From Neocallimastix sp. 'constans' (lineage: Eukaryota), in contig JBODTK010000147.1 in NCBI GenBank assembly GCA_050613775.1, positions 62,001-126,000 on the forward strand: a DNA stretch of 64,000 nucleotides, read 5' to 3'. The notes beneath the pieces are model-generated. The model was not told the DNA's origin. It made no database searches and saw nothing but the letters and a program-made list of their open reading frames with translations. Positions within the stretch are counted from its first letter, which is position 1. Each line of letters starts with the position of its first letter. Of this stretch, positions 1 through 14,800 are shown piece after piece. Made by a program: the position numbers and the translations under genes.

Positions 1-2339
1 ATTAAATAGTACAAAAGTTTATTTTAATTAATTAATTAATTAATTAATTATTAATATGTATATTAATATATATATTTTGTTTAAATTTAATTTATTAAAT
101 TAAATGAAATAATTTTTTATTTTTCTGTTTAAATGTAGATAATTGTTACATTATTGATTATATAAACTATTAAAAATAAATATTAAATAATTATATAAAA
201 ATGAAATATTTAAATATTTAAATATATTTCATCAAACCCCCACTATCCTTTTTAACTATTTAACTATTTATCTATTTATCTAATTATTCATTCATTTATT
301 TATCTATCTATTTATTTATCTATTTATTTATTTATTTATTTATTTATTTATCAAAGTATATTAATTTTTATTGGAATATTATATAATTATTAGTTTTAGT
401 TTTTCAATATAATAAATAAATAAATAAATAAAAATAAAAATAAAAACTAAAATAAAATATAAATAGTATGAAAATAACATAAACTCAGAATAAAATATTC
501 CATAGAAATGACAAAAAATAAATATAAAAATAAATATAAAAATAAAAATAAAAATAAAAATAAAAATAAAAATAAAAATAAAAACAAAAATATTAAAATA
601 TAATTAATAAATAAAATAAAATTAAAATAATGAATTAAAAAAAAAAAAAAAAGAAAAGTTATATCTTACTAATAATATTTTATATTATGAATTTGAAAAA
701 GTAATATTAAAAAGATAAAAAAATAATATTTTTTCTTTTAACTGGATTACCTTGAATTGAAATTCTTGATTATCTTTTTTTTCTGTATTTTTTTATTTTT
801 TTTTTTTTTTTTTTTTTTTAATTCATTCAAATTATATGAAAATTAAAATATATATTATATAAAATATATATATAATTTTTTTCTAGCAAAAAATAATATA
901 TTTAATAATATGATTTCTGGTATACATTTGTAAAAGTCTAAAAATTATCATATTTCATTTTTTTTATTTTTTTTTTTTTTTTTTTAATACTCTTATAATA
1001 ATAATAATAATTTAATGATATAAATAGTAAAAATATGGTATTTATTTCATATGGGTTTTTTTTATTTTTATTTTTTTTTTTTTCTTCTTTATTAATGTAA
1101 TAGAGTTCCATTGAAATTAACGAGAAACCTCTTATAAAAAAGAGTTCTCTCAATACTTATTCTTAAGTTATTATTAATATATTATTAATTATTTTTTTAT
1201 TATTCGTTAGAATTATTGCTTAATATATTTTAATATAATTACTTTATTAGTTATTATTATTATTCGTTATTTATTAATAATGATGAATGATTATCAGTTC
1301 TATTAAATATTTAATAGTATTTATTAATTAATATTAAAAGTATTAATTGTTATTATTATTAACTATTATAAGTATTAATTATTATTATTATTATTATTAA
1401 TTATTAATTATTAATTATTATTAATATTATTAACTAATTGATGAGTATGACTTATAATATTAAACCAATAATACAATATTAATTTATGAGGTTTTTTTTT
1501 ATTAAACAATACTGATCAATTACTAATAAAACTAGTGATATCCATTCATAAAATTGTATATAGGAGTAAATGAGACAGCTTGAGATCAATGGATTACTTC
1601 ATATTTCTTTTAAAGTACCTTTTTCGATTAAATATAACTTACCTTTCATATATATTATATATATCACTAATTCATCGGTGACCAGGAATAACGCATTATT
1701 TAACCTGGAGTATGGTTTATATTGTGCTGTAGCATCGTCAAAAATCAAAGCTTTCATCATAATTGCTGGCATAATCAGAAGTAGTTCTTACTTCCACTGT
1801 AATTTTAATGTATTCTAATTCTTATGATTATTTAAGTTTTTTTAAACTTACAAAATAATTTAATGATTTCTTCTTCTGTTGTTGGCTTTTTTTGCCTAGT
1901 AGTAAAGGTGTTCAAAAATAAACGGTTTAATTAAACGTATCATATTTACATTATTATTATAGTGTATAAAATAACAGAAAATATAAAGAGCATATATGTT
2001 TAACATATATATATATATGGGTCCAGCAAACTGTAGGATTGATTTTTACATGGCTTGTAGTATGAATAATAAATAATGGAATAAATACTATTAAATTATA
2101 AAAAAAAAAAAATTATAAAAGTTTAATCATTTAATCGTTATAAATTAAAATAATACGATCAGTATCATTTAAATTACCAAAATGAACTTTAAAATACTAA
2201 TTAACCATAAATAATAGTTAATGTCAATGAAAACGAACACTCAAAAAAAAAAAAAAAATAAAAAAAAAAAAAAATAAAAAAGGACAAGTAAAAAAACTTT
2301 TAAATCTTTTATATATATAATTTATTTCTTAACAAAGTT

Positions 2340-2370
<31 letters not shown>

Positions 2371-3468
2371 GAGTTTCAACTTTTCCTTTCGGTTTTAATA
2401 ATAGTATTTAATATGTTATTGAATAATAATCAATATTATAAATTTAATACTAGATTTACAAAGTTTTATATCATCATATTAATAAAACAACATCATCGTT
2501 AAATATGTATTCACGAAATTACAACATCATTATTACCTTATGTACATAAAATATGTTATACTTTTATAATGTACAATATTGTATATACCTAATTTATAAA
2601 CAAGAAATCTAAAAAAAAAAAAAAAAAAAATCAATTGCTTAAACCTATTACTTTTTTTTTTTATAAACCTAATGATAGGAGTTTTATGTAATATCATAAA
2701 ATTATATATATAAAAAGAATAATATAATATGAATTTATCAATAGTTATAGGATAAATTAATAAATCAAATTTCTTAAAAAAAAAAAAAAATAAATAAATA
2801 AATATTTATATACTAAACATATATGATAGTATATTGTGTGACACCTTTTGTAGTACAACAATTTTCATAACTAACTTTTTTTAACAATCATTATATACGA
2901 TACATGATTTTACGTTTCTTTGGTGTTTTGGAGAAATATTAAAGTAATTCGCAATTCACTAATGTGATTCCTCTCCTAAATTACTTCATTTCTTGCTACT
3001 ACTCCCAAATTTTAAATGTAATTATTAGGTTATGATATGCTCATTTAGGGCTGAGTCAACGTTCGTTGACAACTCTTAGATGGGACCAGGCCAGGTGGGC
3101 CGAAGATGGCCAAGGACATCTGCCCTGTAGACTGTTGATTTTGTAGTTTTTATTATTTTAGTAATTCATTTGTAATATTTTCAAAAAGTAGACCTAGGAT
3201 TGAAAAATCATTACAAAAAAAAAAAAAAAAAAAAAAAAAAGAAAAAAGAAAAAAATGGTGTAAATAATATGAAACATGATATATATTACACTGTGAACAG
3301 GGAGTCTAAGCCAGTTCACCAATAAAATAATAGTCATTATTTATATATCATTTATATTATTATGTGCAGAATATTAACAAAAGTTTTTAACAATATTTTA
3401 TTATCATTGTTTATAAAAACAATATTAATAACCATAACAATAATAAAAGTATTAATTTTATTTTACAA

Positions 3469-3519
<51 letters not shown>

Positions 3520-6075
3520 TGAAGTCAATAATCAAATGAATTCAATAAATAAAATTAAAAATACTAATAAATAATTAAATTATGTATAAACGACAATATA
3601 TGCATATGATAAAAAAATAAATTTATGAATAAAAAAAAAATGAAACATTTAATAATTAGGATTATTAAAAAAAAAAATTATAATGACAATAATAAAATAA
3701 AATATTAGAAGCTATAATTTATGGTATTTTTTAATTTAAAATTTCTTTTATTCAAATTATATTTAATATTTTTTTTAGAATGGAAATAGTTAATATTGTT
3801 CGATGAATATAAAATATATATATATATATTATTTTAATCTTTTTAAAAAGATTTGATAAACTTAATTCGGTTTTATAGTTTTAATAGGAATGTTTTTTTT
3901 TTTTTTTTAAAAAAAAAATTCTATTCAAAAAATATTTAAATTTTGTTTAAATAATTCCTACTCCAAAAATTATATAAACAAAATTTAATAATAATATAAA
4001 AAAAAAAAAAAAAAAAGAGATATTAAAGAAATTTAAATATTATATATATATTTTTCTTTTATTTTCTTTTCTTTTCTTTTCTTATTAAACAGTTTAATTA
4101 ATATTTTTTTTTTTCATTTTTAATTTTTTTTAACTTTAATTTTCGAAATTAAAGGAAATTTAAAGATTCAAAACATCTATTTTATTATTAGTTAAACTTA
4201 CTTTATTATCCGTTTTTTTTTTTTTTTTTTTTTTTTGGTTAATTAACAAAAATAATTAAATTCAAAATATATATATATATATAAATAGGTTTTGTATTAT
4301 ATTGTTTAAGTTATAATTAAAAGAAATTATAATTGGGTATATATATTAATTGTATTTATTTAATTTATATGGAAATTAGGATTATATGAGAATAAAACAA
4401 AATAAAATTATAATTTTCAATTTGAATATTTTTATTTTAGGAAAAAAAATGATGGGATGAATCAAGTGAATTAATAAAAAAAAAAAAATTAAAACTAAAA
4501 TAGAGAAATTAATAATAATTCCATTAAATGTTTAAATATTCAATTAATTATTAGCTAAATATAGTAAATAAGTAAATAATAAAAAATTTGATTTCTATTT
4601 TTTAATTTTTTTTTTTTTTTTTTTTTTTTTAATAATATTCATTTTAAAATATTATTTATACAAATTTGTAAAAAAAAAAAAAAAAAAAAAATATTTTAAA
4701 AAGAATAATAATAAAAAAATAAAAAATAAAATAAATATTAATATAAATTTCAAATAAAAAATATATCAATAATGCTAATAAAAATTTACAGAAATAAATT
4801 TGATATAAAATAACTTTGAAATTTATATTGTTTTTTTTTTTTTTTTTTTTTTTTAATTTATATTGTTTTTTACTTTTTAGCTAATTTTAATTAATTTTTT
4901 GTTTAATAAATTATTTAAAAAAAAAATTATAATTTATAATTTGTAATTTATAATTTCTATTTTTTTATTTGTTGTTTTTTTTGTTTTATTTCCGCTTTTT
5001 TGGTTTAAAAATAATATAAACTAAAACAATATATAAATATAAAAAATATATATATATCGAAAAATTAGATTAAAAGATTTATTAATTATTAAGATATTTT
5101 TAAAAAAAAAAAAAAAAAAAAAATATTAATGGCTATAAATATTAATTCAATTTATTGAACAATTTAAATGGAAATTAGGATTGTTAAAAAAAGAAAAAAA
5201 AAAAAAAAAAAGTTCAAAAAAAAAAAAATTATTACTATTTTTATTTAATGAGATAATTATATAATTAACCAAAGTTAAATATAAACTTTACAAATATTAT
5301 TTTATTTATAATAGAAAATAAACTTTACAAATAATATTTTATTTATAATAGAAATTAAAGTTATTATTTTTAATTATAAAAACATCGATATATTAATAGA
5401 TAAGCTTTTTTTTTTTTGTTTTTGTTAACATTTTAGTATAGAACATTAGGAAAATATTATAATTAACATTTTAAAATAAAATTTAAGAAAATATTATAAT
5501 TCTGGAATATAATTTATGAAATATATATGAAAATTATGTTTATAAAAAAAAATATAAAAATAATAATAAAAATAAGTTATATATAAACTTTAAAATAAAA
5601 AAAATATATATTTTTAATTATATGTTATCTACTTTCATATAATTAATAACTAAGTATTAATAAAATAGATTTTTAAGAAATATTTTAAATACAAATTTCA
5701 TAAAATTATTTAAATAATTTTTTTTTTTTTTTAAAAAAAAAAAAAAATAGAAATTATAAAAATAAAAATTTTTGATGATAAAACAAAAAAAACTATTTTA
5801 TTTTTCTTATTTTAAAAATAATATAGATAAATATTTTTATAATTTAATTTTATTTATTTATTTTTTTTTTTTTTGTTTTAGTTATTTAAGTAAAAATTGA
5901 ATTTAAAGATTATGATTGATAATAAGTATTTATTTAATTATTATTAATACTTTTTTTTTTTTTTACATTTTTTTTGGATGAAAACATTAAGAACTCTATG
6001 AAAAGAATATTTAAATAATAATTAATATATTTTCTAGAAATTCATTTATGAATTATAATAATTGAATAATAGATT

Positions 6076-6119
<44 letters not shown>

Positions 6120-6796
6120 ACTTTTTTTCATTTACATGGAAATTATTATTACAAGTTAAATAAATATAAAAAAAAAAAAAAAAAAAAAAATTCATAATTA
6201 TTTTAAATTGATTAAATTTTTTTTTTTAATTTTAAAAATTAAAAATGATTTTAATCGAATAAACTTATTTTGAAAATTAAAAACTAAAATTAAAATTATA
6301 ATAACTACGTAAATTAGGTGTGGAGATTTGGAATTTTAAAAATTAAAAAATATAATAAAAAACAATAATAAAATAAAATAAATTTTTATTGTTTTATAAT
6401 ATTTTTATAATAAAATAAACTAAAAATAATATATAAAATTTTCATCAATAAATATATTAAATTATTGTTATATATTACAAACAATGAATAGAAACAAAAT
6501 TATTATCAAACGTAATTGTTTGCTAGACACCTTTTGTATAATTAAGTATATTTATGCAAAATAATATAATTTTATTATTACCTTTGATTATAAATATAAT
6601 AATCAGAGGTTTTAATACTGTATCCAAGAAAAATACCAGAAAAAGTTGAGTCAGAAAATTTATCCTTAAATTGTTTAGGAATAAAATTAAAAAGCTTGAT
6701 AAACCAAAGACTTTATAAATTTTGAATAATTATCTTTTTTTCTAACCCCTAGTAGATTAGAAATAATTAATGTTAAACTTTAGTATAATATTTTTC

Positions 6797-6831
<35 letters not shown>

Positions 6832-7294
6832 CTTGATTTAAGTTGAATACTTATATTGTCAAAAAACATTTTCATTTATATTAAGGTCTTCATGGAAGAA
6901 GAAAAAAAAAAAAAGTTTAATTAATAATTTATAGCTAATATAATAAAAAAAAAATTATTTAACTGAACTATTTAAAAAAAAATAAAAGAAAAAAAAATAT
7001 AAAAATTATTTAATGTCAGAAAAAAAAAAAATAAAATAAAAATAAAAATTGTATATCTATAATAACTTCCATCTTATTAAACTTTTAATTTCAAAATCAT
7101 TAGGAAGTATAATTTAAGGAAATAAATCTTTTTTTTTTTTTTTTTTTTTTTAAATTATTAAACTAATATAAAAAAAATAAAGTATTTAAATAAAGTATTT
7201 AAAAGCTTAAGTAATTAGTAAAATAAAAAAAAAAAAAATTTTAGAAATTAGTAATAGCAATTATGTTTTATAACCTAAATGAATTCAAAAGCTT

Positions 7295-7638
7295 ATTTGA
7301 TTGTGCATTTCGCAATCATGCATTTCGCAATGTGGCTCATAGAATTTTTAAAAAAAGCCATACATTTTAAAGATATTCTTATACGATTATAAGTAAATAT
7401 ATAAATAATTATTATTTCTTTTGAAATAATAATATATTCTATTAAAAAAAAGAATTATAAAAAATTATTTTTACAATTGAATATCAATAAATCATAAACT
7501 AAAAAAAAAAAAAAACATTTATTATTTACTTAATTATTATTTATTTTATTATTATTTATTTTATTATTATTTATTTTATTATTATTTAGTTAATTATTAA
7601 AAAACAAACCACATACAAAATTACGCCAAAATAAACCC
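7295..7638 (+). mobile_element. Dispersed ~350-bp non-autonomous repeat (MITE-like), copy 1
   Basis: Aligns by eye along its whole length with the reverse complement of 31114-31508. Shared blocks: GCATTTC(G/T)CAATGTGG, AAAGCCATACATTTT..AGATATTCT, AAGAATTATAAAAAATTATTTTTACAATTGAATAT, and AAACCACATACAAAATTACGCC vs AAGCCGCATACGAAAACACGCC. Confidence 0.65.
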
Positions 7639-7771
7639 TAACCCTAATGAAATTTTACCTACTATATCATAAAGAGGGATATCATCTGGAAGAATTGTTA
7701 TTATCATTCATTGAATAAAAATAATAAGAATAAAAAAAAATAATACCACTACTACTAAATATAATAATAGA

Positions 7772-7803
<32 letters not shown>

Positions 7804-7979
7804 AAATAAATTCCATACATCCAAAATAAATAAAAAAAATCCCTATAGCTCCATCTATTCTTCTGACATTAAATGAAGAAGACGATATTAATTTCTCTGG
7901 GAATATTACAATATTAAGAAACAATATAAAATGCTGACAACTTTAACAACAATTAATAATAATAGTAATAATAATAATA

Positions 7980-8165
7980 ATACCACATGGATTATTGAGA
8001 GTTCAAAAAACCTACCTCTGGTGTCAATACTAATTTTTATTATCCATAACATTGATTAGTCATTATGGCCTTCTCGGTTAGGACATTTCAACAATTATAA
8101 TACTATTAAGGATTAAGGATTATAAATTATTTCACAATAACAACAATGACAATGACAACAACAAC

Positions 8166-8196
<31 letters not shown>

Positions 8197-8866
8197 AATG
8201 TCCTGAATGTAAAAATCAAAAAAAATTAAGAGAAAGCCTTTTTCTAATTCTGAATTTTTTTTTTTTTTATTTTTTTTTTTTCACAATCAACCTTTAAAAC
8301 TTGTCCATAATGATATTGTTGGTGACGGAGTAACTTCTTTTTTAAGGTTATAACTACTATCCTTTCTAGAAAATGATGGATTTACCTATTATTAAAAAAA
8401 AATAAAAATAAATATGAGTGTTTTTTTTTTTTTTTTTTTTTTTTTTTAAGGTAAATCCATCATAAATAAATATGATTGTTTTATGATAAATTTATTGAAT
8501 TTTTAAAAATGAACTTCCAACTTTTATAATATTCCTATTAAAATTTTTAAAATCTGATAATGGTACTGTATATATATATATATATATAAAAGGTTACCTC
8601 GTTTTTTTTTTTTTTTTTTTTTTTGAATCATCATGGAATTAGCTCTATACATTCTCTTCCTGATTCTTCCCAACAAAATGGTCTCGCTGAACCGTCAAAT
8701 CAAGCTATAAATAATTGTGTTAAAAGGCTTTTAAATTCTGCCATATTACCTCTTACCTTTTGGGATACTACCGTTCAATGTGCTGCCTTCTTATATAACT
8801 CAAATCCACATTTTAGTATTAATTTCAAAATTCCTAATAAATTATTATTATTATTATTATTATTAT

Positions 8867-8902
<36 letters not shown>

Positions 8903-9650
8903 GTTATCCTGAAAATTCTTCTGGATATCATATTTCTAGATATCTCTACTAATTTTATTATTATTTCTAGAGATGTTTACTTTGTGGCTGATGTTCGTGA
9001 GACCATTAATGCTTTCATTTTTCTCTTCTAATACTATTGATACTTTATTTAATTACTTCAATTTATGGATTGAGTGGGAAAATATTTATAAAATCGATAA
9101 ATTATAATACCAATAATACCAATAATACCAATAATAATAATAATAATAATAATAATAAACAATAAGAATAAAAATATCGAAATAAGACTAATAATAAATA
9201 ATAAGAATAATACTATTGAAATAAGAATAATAATAAATAATAAGAATAATAATAAATAATAATAATAATATTGAAATAAGAATAATAATCAATAATAAGA
9301 ATAATAATATCACCAACAATAATACTAATAATAGTAATGACTTTTTTAGATAACAATATTAATAGAAAAAAAAGTATTTAAGAAGATGAAGACTCAGATG
9401 CATGATGATTCAGATACGCATACATTAAATATAAGAAAAGAAATATTATCAAAAAAATATAAATATTAAATTAAAAAAAAAAAACATAAGAATCTTCAAC
9501 ATTATAACACCAATATCCACCTACATAGGATGAATCTATGGATTTCAAAAGATTTAAATGAATAGAACATAGCAATAAAGAATGAAATTTAAAAAAATAT
9601 ATATGATAAAAATGTTATGATGGCTGTTGATATTAATAGTATTCCAAAAA
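7980..9650 (+). pseudogene. Heavily decayed Ty1/Copia pol remnant (protease, GAG-pre-integrase, integrase, start of RT)
   Basis: Motif remnants occur in Copia order across frameshifts: WIIES (~7988), LWPSRLGHFN (~8063), CPEC (~8200), LVHNDIVG (~8300), KSDNGT (~8550), QQNGLAE (~8670), FWD, GYPENSSGY, ISRDVYF (~8963), PPT*DESM (~9518). No LTRs recognised. Confidence 0.85.
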
Positions 9651-11687
9651 ATAAAAAAAAAAAAAAAAAAAATACATTTTATTAATAATTAGAAAATTGT
9701 TTATAAAATATAATATTATTGTTATATCTATTAAATAATAGTTACATTAAATAAATAATACAATTTCCATATCAATAAATATAATTTATTATATAATTAC
9801 TATTATTTTTATAATTATTAATATTCAAATTTTTAATACACATAAATGGAAAAAAAAAAAACATTTATATATATATATATTGTGATATATAAATAGATAA
9901 TAATATATTAAAATCTTGATATATATATATATAAATATTATAATTTATACTCATGATATAATTAATTTTAAATTTTATATTAAATCTTTTTCTTAATAGA
10001 GATGCTTTAAATTTCTATTAAAAAAAAAAAAAAAAAAGGTATTTCAAAGCAAAAAAATAAAAAAGTCTAAATAACAAACCAAACCATTATATAATTATAA
10101 TTATATTTATTCATTTATTTCAAAATAATAATGATAATCATCGCATTTGAAAGTATTAAAAATTATGATGATGCCTATTAAAAATTATGATGATGATGAT
10201 TATTTTAATTTTAGTTTTAGTTTTAATAATTGGCTTTATTTGAATACAAAAATAATAAATTAAATTAAATACAGATACAATAAAATGTATATCTAATGTA
10301 CATTAATGTATGATATTCAACTATTAATTTGTAGTTGTAAAAGGATTTCACGTATACATAAAAAAATTTTTTTTTTTTTTATAAAATTGACTAAAAAATT
10401 TAATTAAATTTTAATAATATAAAAAAAAAAACTTTTTTTTTTTATTTAAAAATAATAATTAAAAAAAAAGAAAAAATAAAATTAAATACTTCTTTATTTT
10501 TTTTTTTCCAACTAATAATAATCTTTCAAAGAGTTTATTTATATAAAAGATTTAAATTTAAAAATTTAAAAATATATATATTTATATATCTTTATAAACC
10601 TTTTTTTTTTTTTTTTATTTTTTATAACGAAATAATATATATTATATATTTGAATGTTATGATTTAAAATTTTGTATTATTTTTAACGAAAAAAAAAAAA
10701 AAATAAAATAAAACTGAAAAATAAGTTATTAAACACCTTTGCATTCTCAAAGTAGTATATACAGGATTATCAGTAAATCAATAAAAAAAGTTTATCAGAA
10801 AATAAATAATATAATTACATTAAAATTCAAATTCAAGTTCAAATTCAAATTCCAAAAAAAAAAAAGAAAAAATAAAAACAATAATAAATAATAATAATCG
10901 TAATAAAAAGAAAAAAAAAATAATTATTATTTCAGTATATTTCAATATTTATATAGATAAAAAAGTAACCTTAAAATTTAGATAAAAATATTAATATTAA
11001 ATAATCAAAAAAAAAAAAATAATAATAAAAAATAAAACAAAAAAAAAAAAAAAACAATCTGAAAATTCTTATTTTTATTTAATAATTAAAATATTATACA
11101 AAGTTTAAAAAAAAAAAAATTTTTTTTTTTAATTTATATTATTTTTTATTATACTAACACTGCATTCATTCAATCCGTAATTCTATTTTGTACGATTTAT
11201 TTAATCTTTGGAAAAAGTAACAATTATTTGTAAATTGAAGGGGGAAAACAATTTGTTTTACAATATTAATATATAAATATTTAAGTATAAACTGCTACAT
11301 CTATTAAATTTATTCATTTTATTGATAATAATATTTAAATCGAAATAAATTCAATTGAAACAAATTAAAAGGATAATTCTTAATAAACGATTTTCGTGTA
11401 ATCAAAATAAATTCTTTTTTTTTTTTTTTTTTTTTTTTAATCTTTATCATTATTCTTATTATTTTTATTTTATTTTATTATTTATTTATTTATTTATTTA
11501 TTTTTATTATTTATTATTTTTCTATTTAGTATTTTAATAATTTAGTCATATTGTTTTCTATTTAAATATTCAAAATTAGTTAATTAATATAATAAAATTT
11601 CATAAAGTATTAAAATTAGATATAATAAAAAGATTAACCAAAAACAATAAAAACCGAAAATATAAAAATAGAGAAATTATTGCAAAT

Positions 11688-11721
<34 letters not shown>

Positions 11722-11863
11722 TATAGTTTAATAGCATAATAATATTAAGTTTATAAAATAGATTTAATAAGTAAAAAATTTAATTATTTTAATTTTATAG
11801 AAGTTTAAGCCTTTTAAATATAGAAAATTTAGTTTAATTTTTTTTTTTATAATTAATTTGAAA

Positions 11864-14800
11864 ATGAGTACATATATTAGTAATATAAATAGCTACTATT
11901 TTACAACTACTGTAGAAATTAACGCTAATTATAGTTCAAAGGAATTCTTTTGTAATGGTGCTACATGGATTATTAAAATAGAAAATATAACTAATAATAG
12001 TATGGATATTAAATTTTCGTATAATGGAAATCCACGAAATACGTCATCAGTAAGGTTAAGTATTAATAATGGAAGTAAAAATGAGTGTTTTAGTATAGAT
12101 AGGAAAAATCATTATATTCATAACTATAGTTTAGACGAATTTTACAATAAAAACTTTTGTCTTTATCAATTCCAGTATGATTCCATTGAAACAATTAATA
12201 AAATTACTGTAGGCATAACATTAATTAATAGTTCTACTGACTATTCTTATCTTCAATATTTTTCAGAAAAAGTTATACCAGAAAATTACATCCTTTTACC
12301 TAGTGCATCCTCATATAATGATGTTTACATTCATGAAATCGAAGGCAAACAATATATTTATAGTAAGTATATTGACCAAATCAATAATTTTAATAACTTT
12401 ACTCAAGAATATTCGGATGTAGAATTTGAAATAGGAAAACATCAAAAGGTTATAAAAGCGCATCGTGTGATACTGGCTTCTCGTTGTCCATCCTTTAAAA
12501 TTTTATTTGAAGAACAAGCTTTACATAATAATTCATCAAATGGTATTTTAAGAATAGTATTACCAAGTTATAATTATACAAGTTTTAAAGCTCTTATAGA
12601 TTATCACTATAAAGGTAAATGCTATATCCCAAAATCAAGAAAAGTTTTAGGTGATTTATTGGATTTGGCATATCAATATCATGTTTATAATTTAATTGAA
12701 AGTATCGAAGAGAAATTAGCAAATCCTGAAAATAATTATTTAGAAGAAGAAAATGAGGAAATTGATACGGATACCTTTGAAAATGAAGAAATTAATTCAA
12801 ATAATCGAGATATTCATCTTTTTAAATTAGATAGTATATTAAAATCAAAAACTTTAAAGTGTCAAAAGTGTTCAAATGGTCAATTGAAAAGAAAAAGAGA
12901 ATTAAATGAAATCGATGACCTTTTATTATTAAATGATCAAAGATATGCTAATGGAAAATATAAAACCATAAGACTTACCGAGCAAGGGGAAGAATATTAT
13001 GACGGATTTAATTATAATAGAATGAAAAAGCAAAGTACAATGAATGAAGGAATGGATGATTCTTATAAGAATATGTTTAATAGCATCCGTTTTACCGAAA
13101 ATGAACCCGGACTTAGTGAAGATAGTATTTTAAATGAAATAGATAGTGAAGAGGGTGATCAACAACTAAGTAAAGATATTAGAGTTGAAATAATAGATGT
13201 TGAATCAGGATTAAGTGATTCTAATCCAGAAGAACGGATGTCTGAAAATGATAGAGATGTGGAGGAGTATGAAACAGATAGAGTAGAAGTTAATGTATCA
13301 TTAGATGAAACCAAATCTAATAGTGATGATAAAATGAATGAAATTGTCGATCTTCCAGTAGAATTCGACGATAATAAAGAAAAAAATGAAGATGATTATG
13401 AAAATGGCTATGAAGAAGAAATTGAAAATGTTGAAAATGAAGTAATTGAAAATGAAGAAATGGAAAATGAAGAAATTGAAAATGAAGTAATTGAAAATGA
13501 AGAAATTGAAAATGTTGAAAATGAAGTAATTGAAAATGAAGTAATTGAAAATGAAGAAATTGAAAATGAAGAAATTGAAAATGAAGAAATTGAAAATGAA
13601 GTAATTGAAAATGAAGAAATTGAAAATGAAGTAATTGAAAATGAAGAAATGGAAAATGAAGAAATGGAAAATGAAGAAATTGAAAATGAAGAAATTGAAA
13701 ATGAAGAAATTGAAAATGAAGAAATTGAAAATGAAGAAGTTAAATATGAAGAAGTTACAAGTAAGGAAATTGAAAATGAAGAAATTGAAAATGAAGAAAT
13801 TGAAAATGAAGAAATTGAAAATGAAGAAATTGAAAACGAAGAAATTGAAAACGAAGAAATTGAAAATGAAGAAATTGAAAATGAAGAAATTGAAAATGAA
13901 GAAATGGAAAATGAAGAAATGGAAAATGAAGAAATGGAAAATGAAGAAATTGAAAATGAAGAAATTGAAAATGAAGAAATGGAAAATGAAGAAATGGAAA
14001 ATGAAGAAATGGAAAATGAAGAAATTGAAAATGAAGAAATTGAAAATGAAGTTGAAATTGAAGATGAATTTGAAGAGTTAGAAGATAAAGTTGAAACTAA
14101 AGAGTATGAAGATGAAGGTGAAATAGAAATTGAAAGTAATGACAATTACGAAAATAATGAAGGCAATGAGGATAAATATAGTACATCTGAAAAAGATATT
14201 CTTGAAAAGGAAATATCAATGGATTCGATATCATTATCAGATACTGAAAGTGATGAAATTCATCAGGAAGATGAAAATATTGAGGATATTCACGAATCAT
14301 TTATTAATAATAATGAAAATAAAAATGAAAATAAAAAAATATTCAATAATGAAGAGAATAATAATGAAATTGTTGAAATCAGTAATGGAAATGAAAATGA
14401 AAATGAGGATGAAGATGAAGATAAAAATAAAAAGGATAAGTCATCTGAAAATTTAAATATTTTAGAAGATCATGAAGAAGAGTATGATCCAACTATAATA
14501 AATGAAGAAACTAGCACTTATGAAAACACTAATGAAGAAAATTACTTTGGTATGGAATTAAATAATGTTATTCCACCAAAAGAACATTTGAATATTAGAG
14601 ATGATATTAACGAATTTTATAATACTTCAAAAAAGAAAAGAAATAAAGAAAACTACAATGAAAATCATGAATTAAATGATGAAGATAATGATAATCAAAC
14701 AAACATTGAATTGAATTATGAAAATGAGATATTTTTCAATAGCGAATTCGAATTAGAAAGGTATCATGGTAATAATAATGAAATTCATGATGATGACAAT

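Noticed and set aside
7633..7647. Telomere-like AAACCCTAACCCTAA
   Set aside because: Only two units, located at the edge of a dispersed repeat; no array.
13408..14456. Overlapping ORFs (SSFSI)n and (MKKLK)n
   Set aside because: These are alternative-frame and antisense shadows of the 15-bp coding repeat in the BTB gene.
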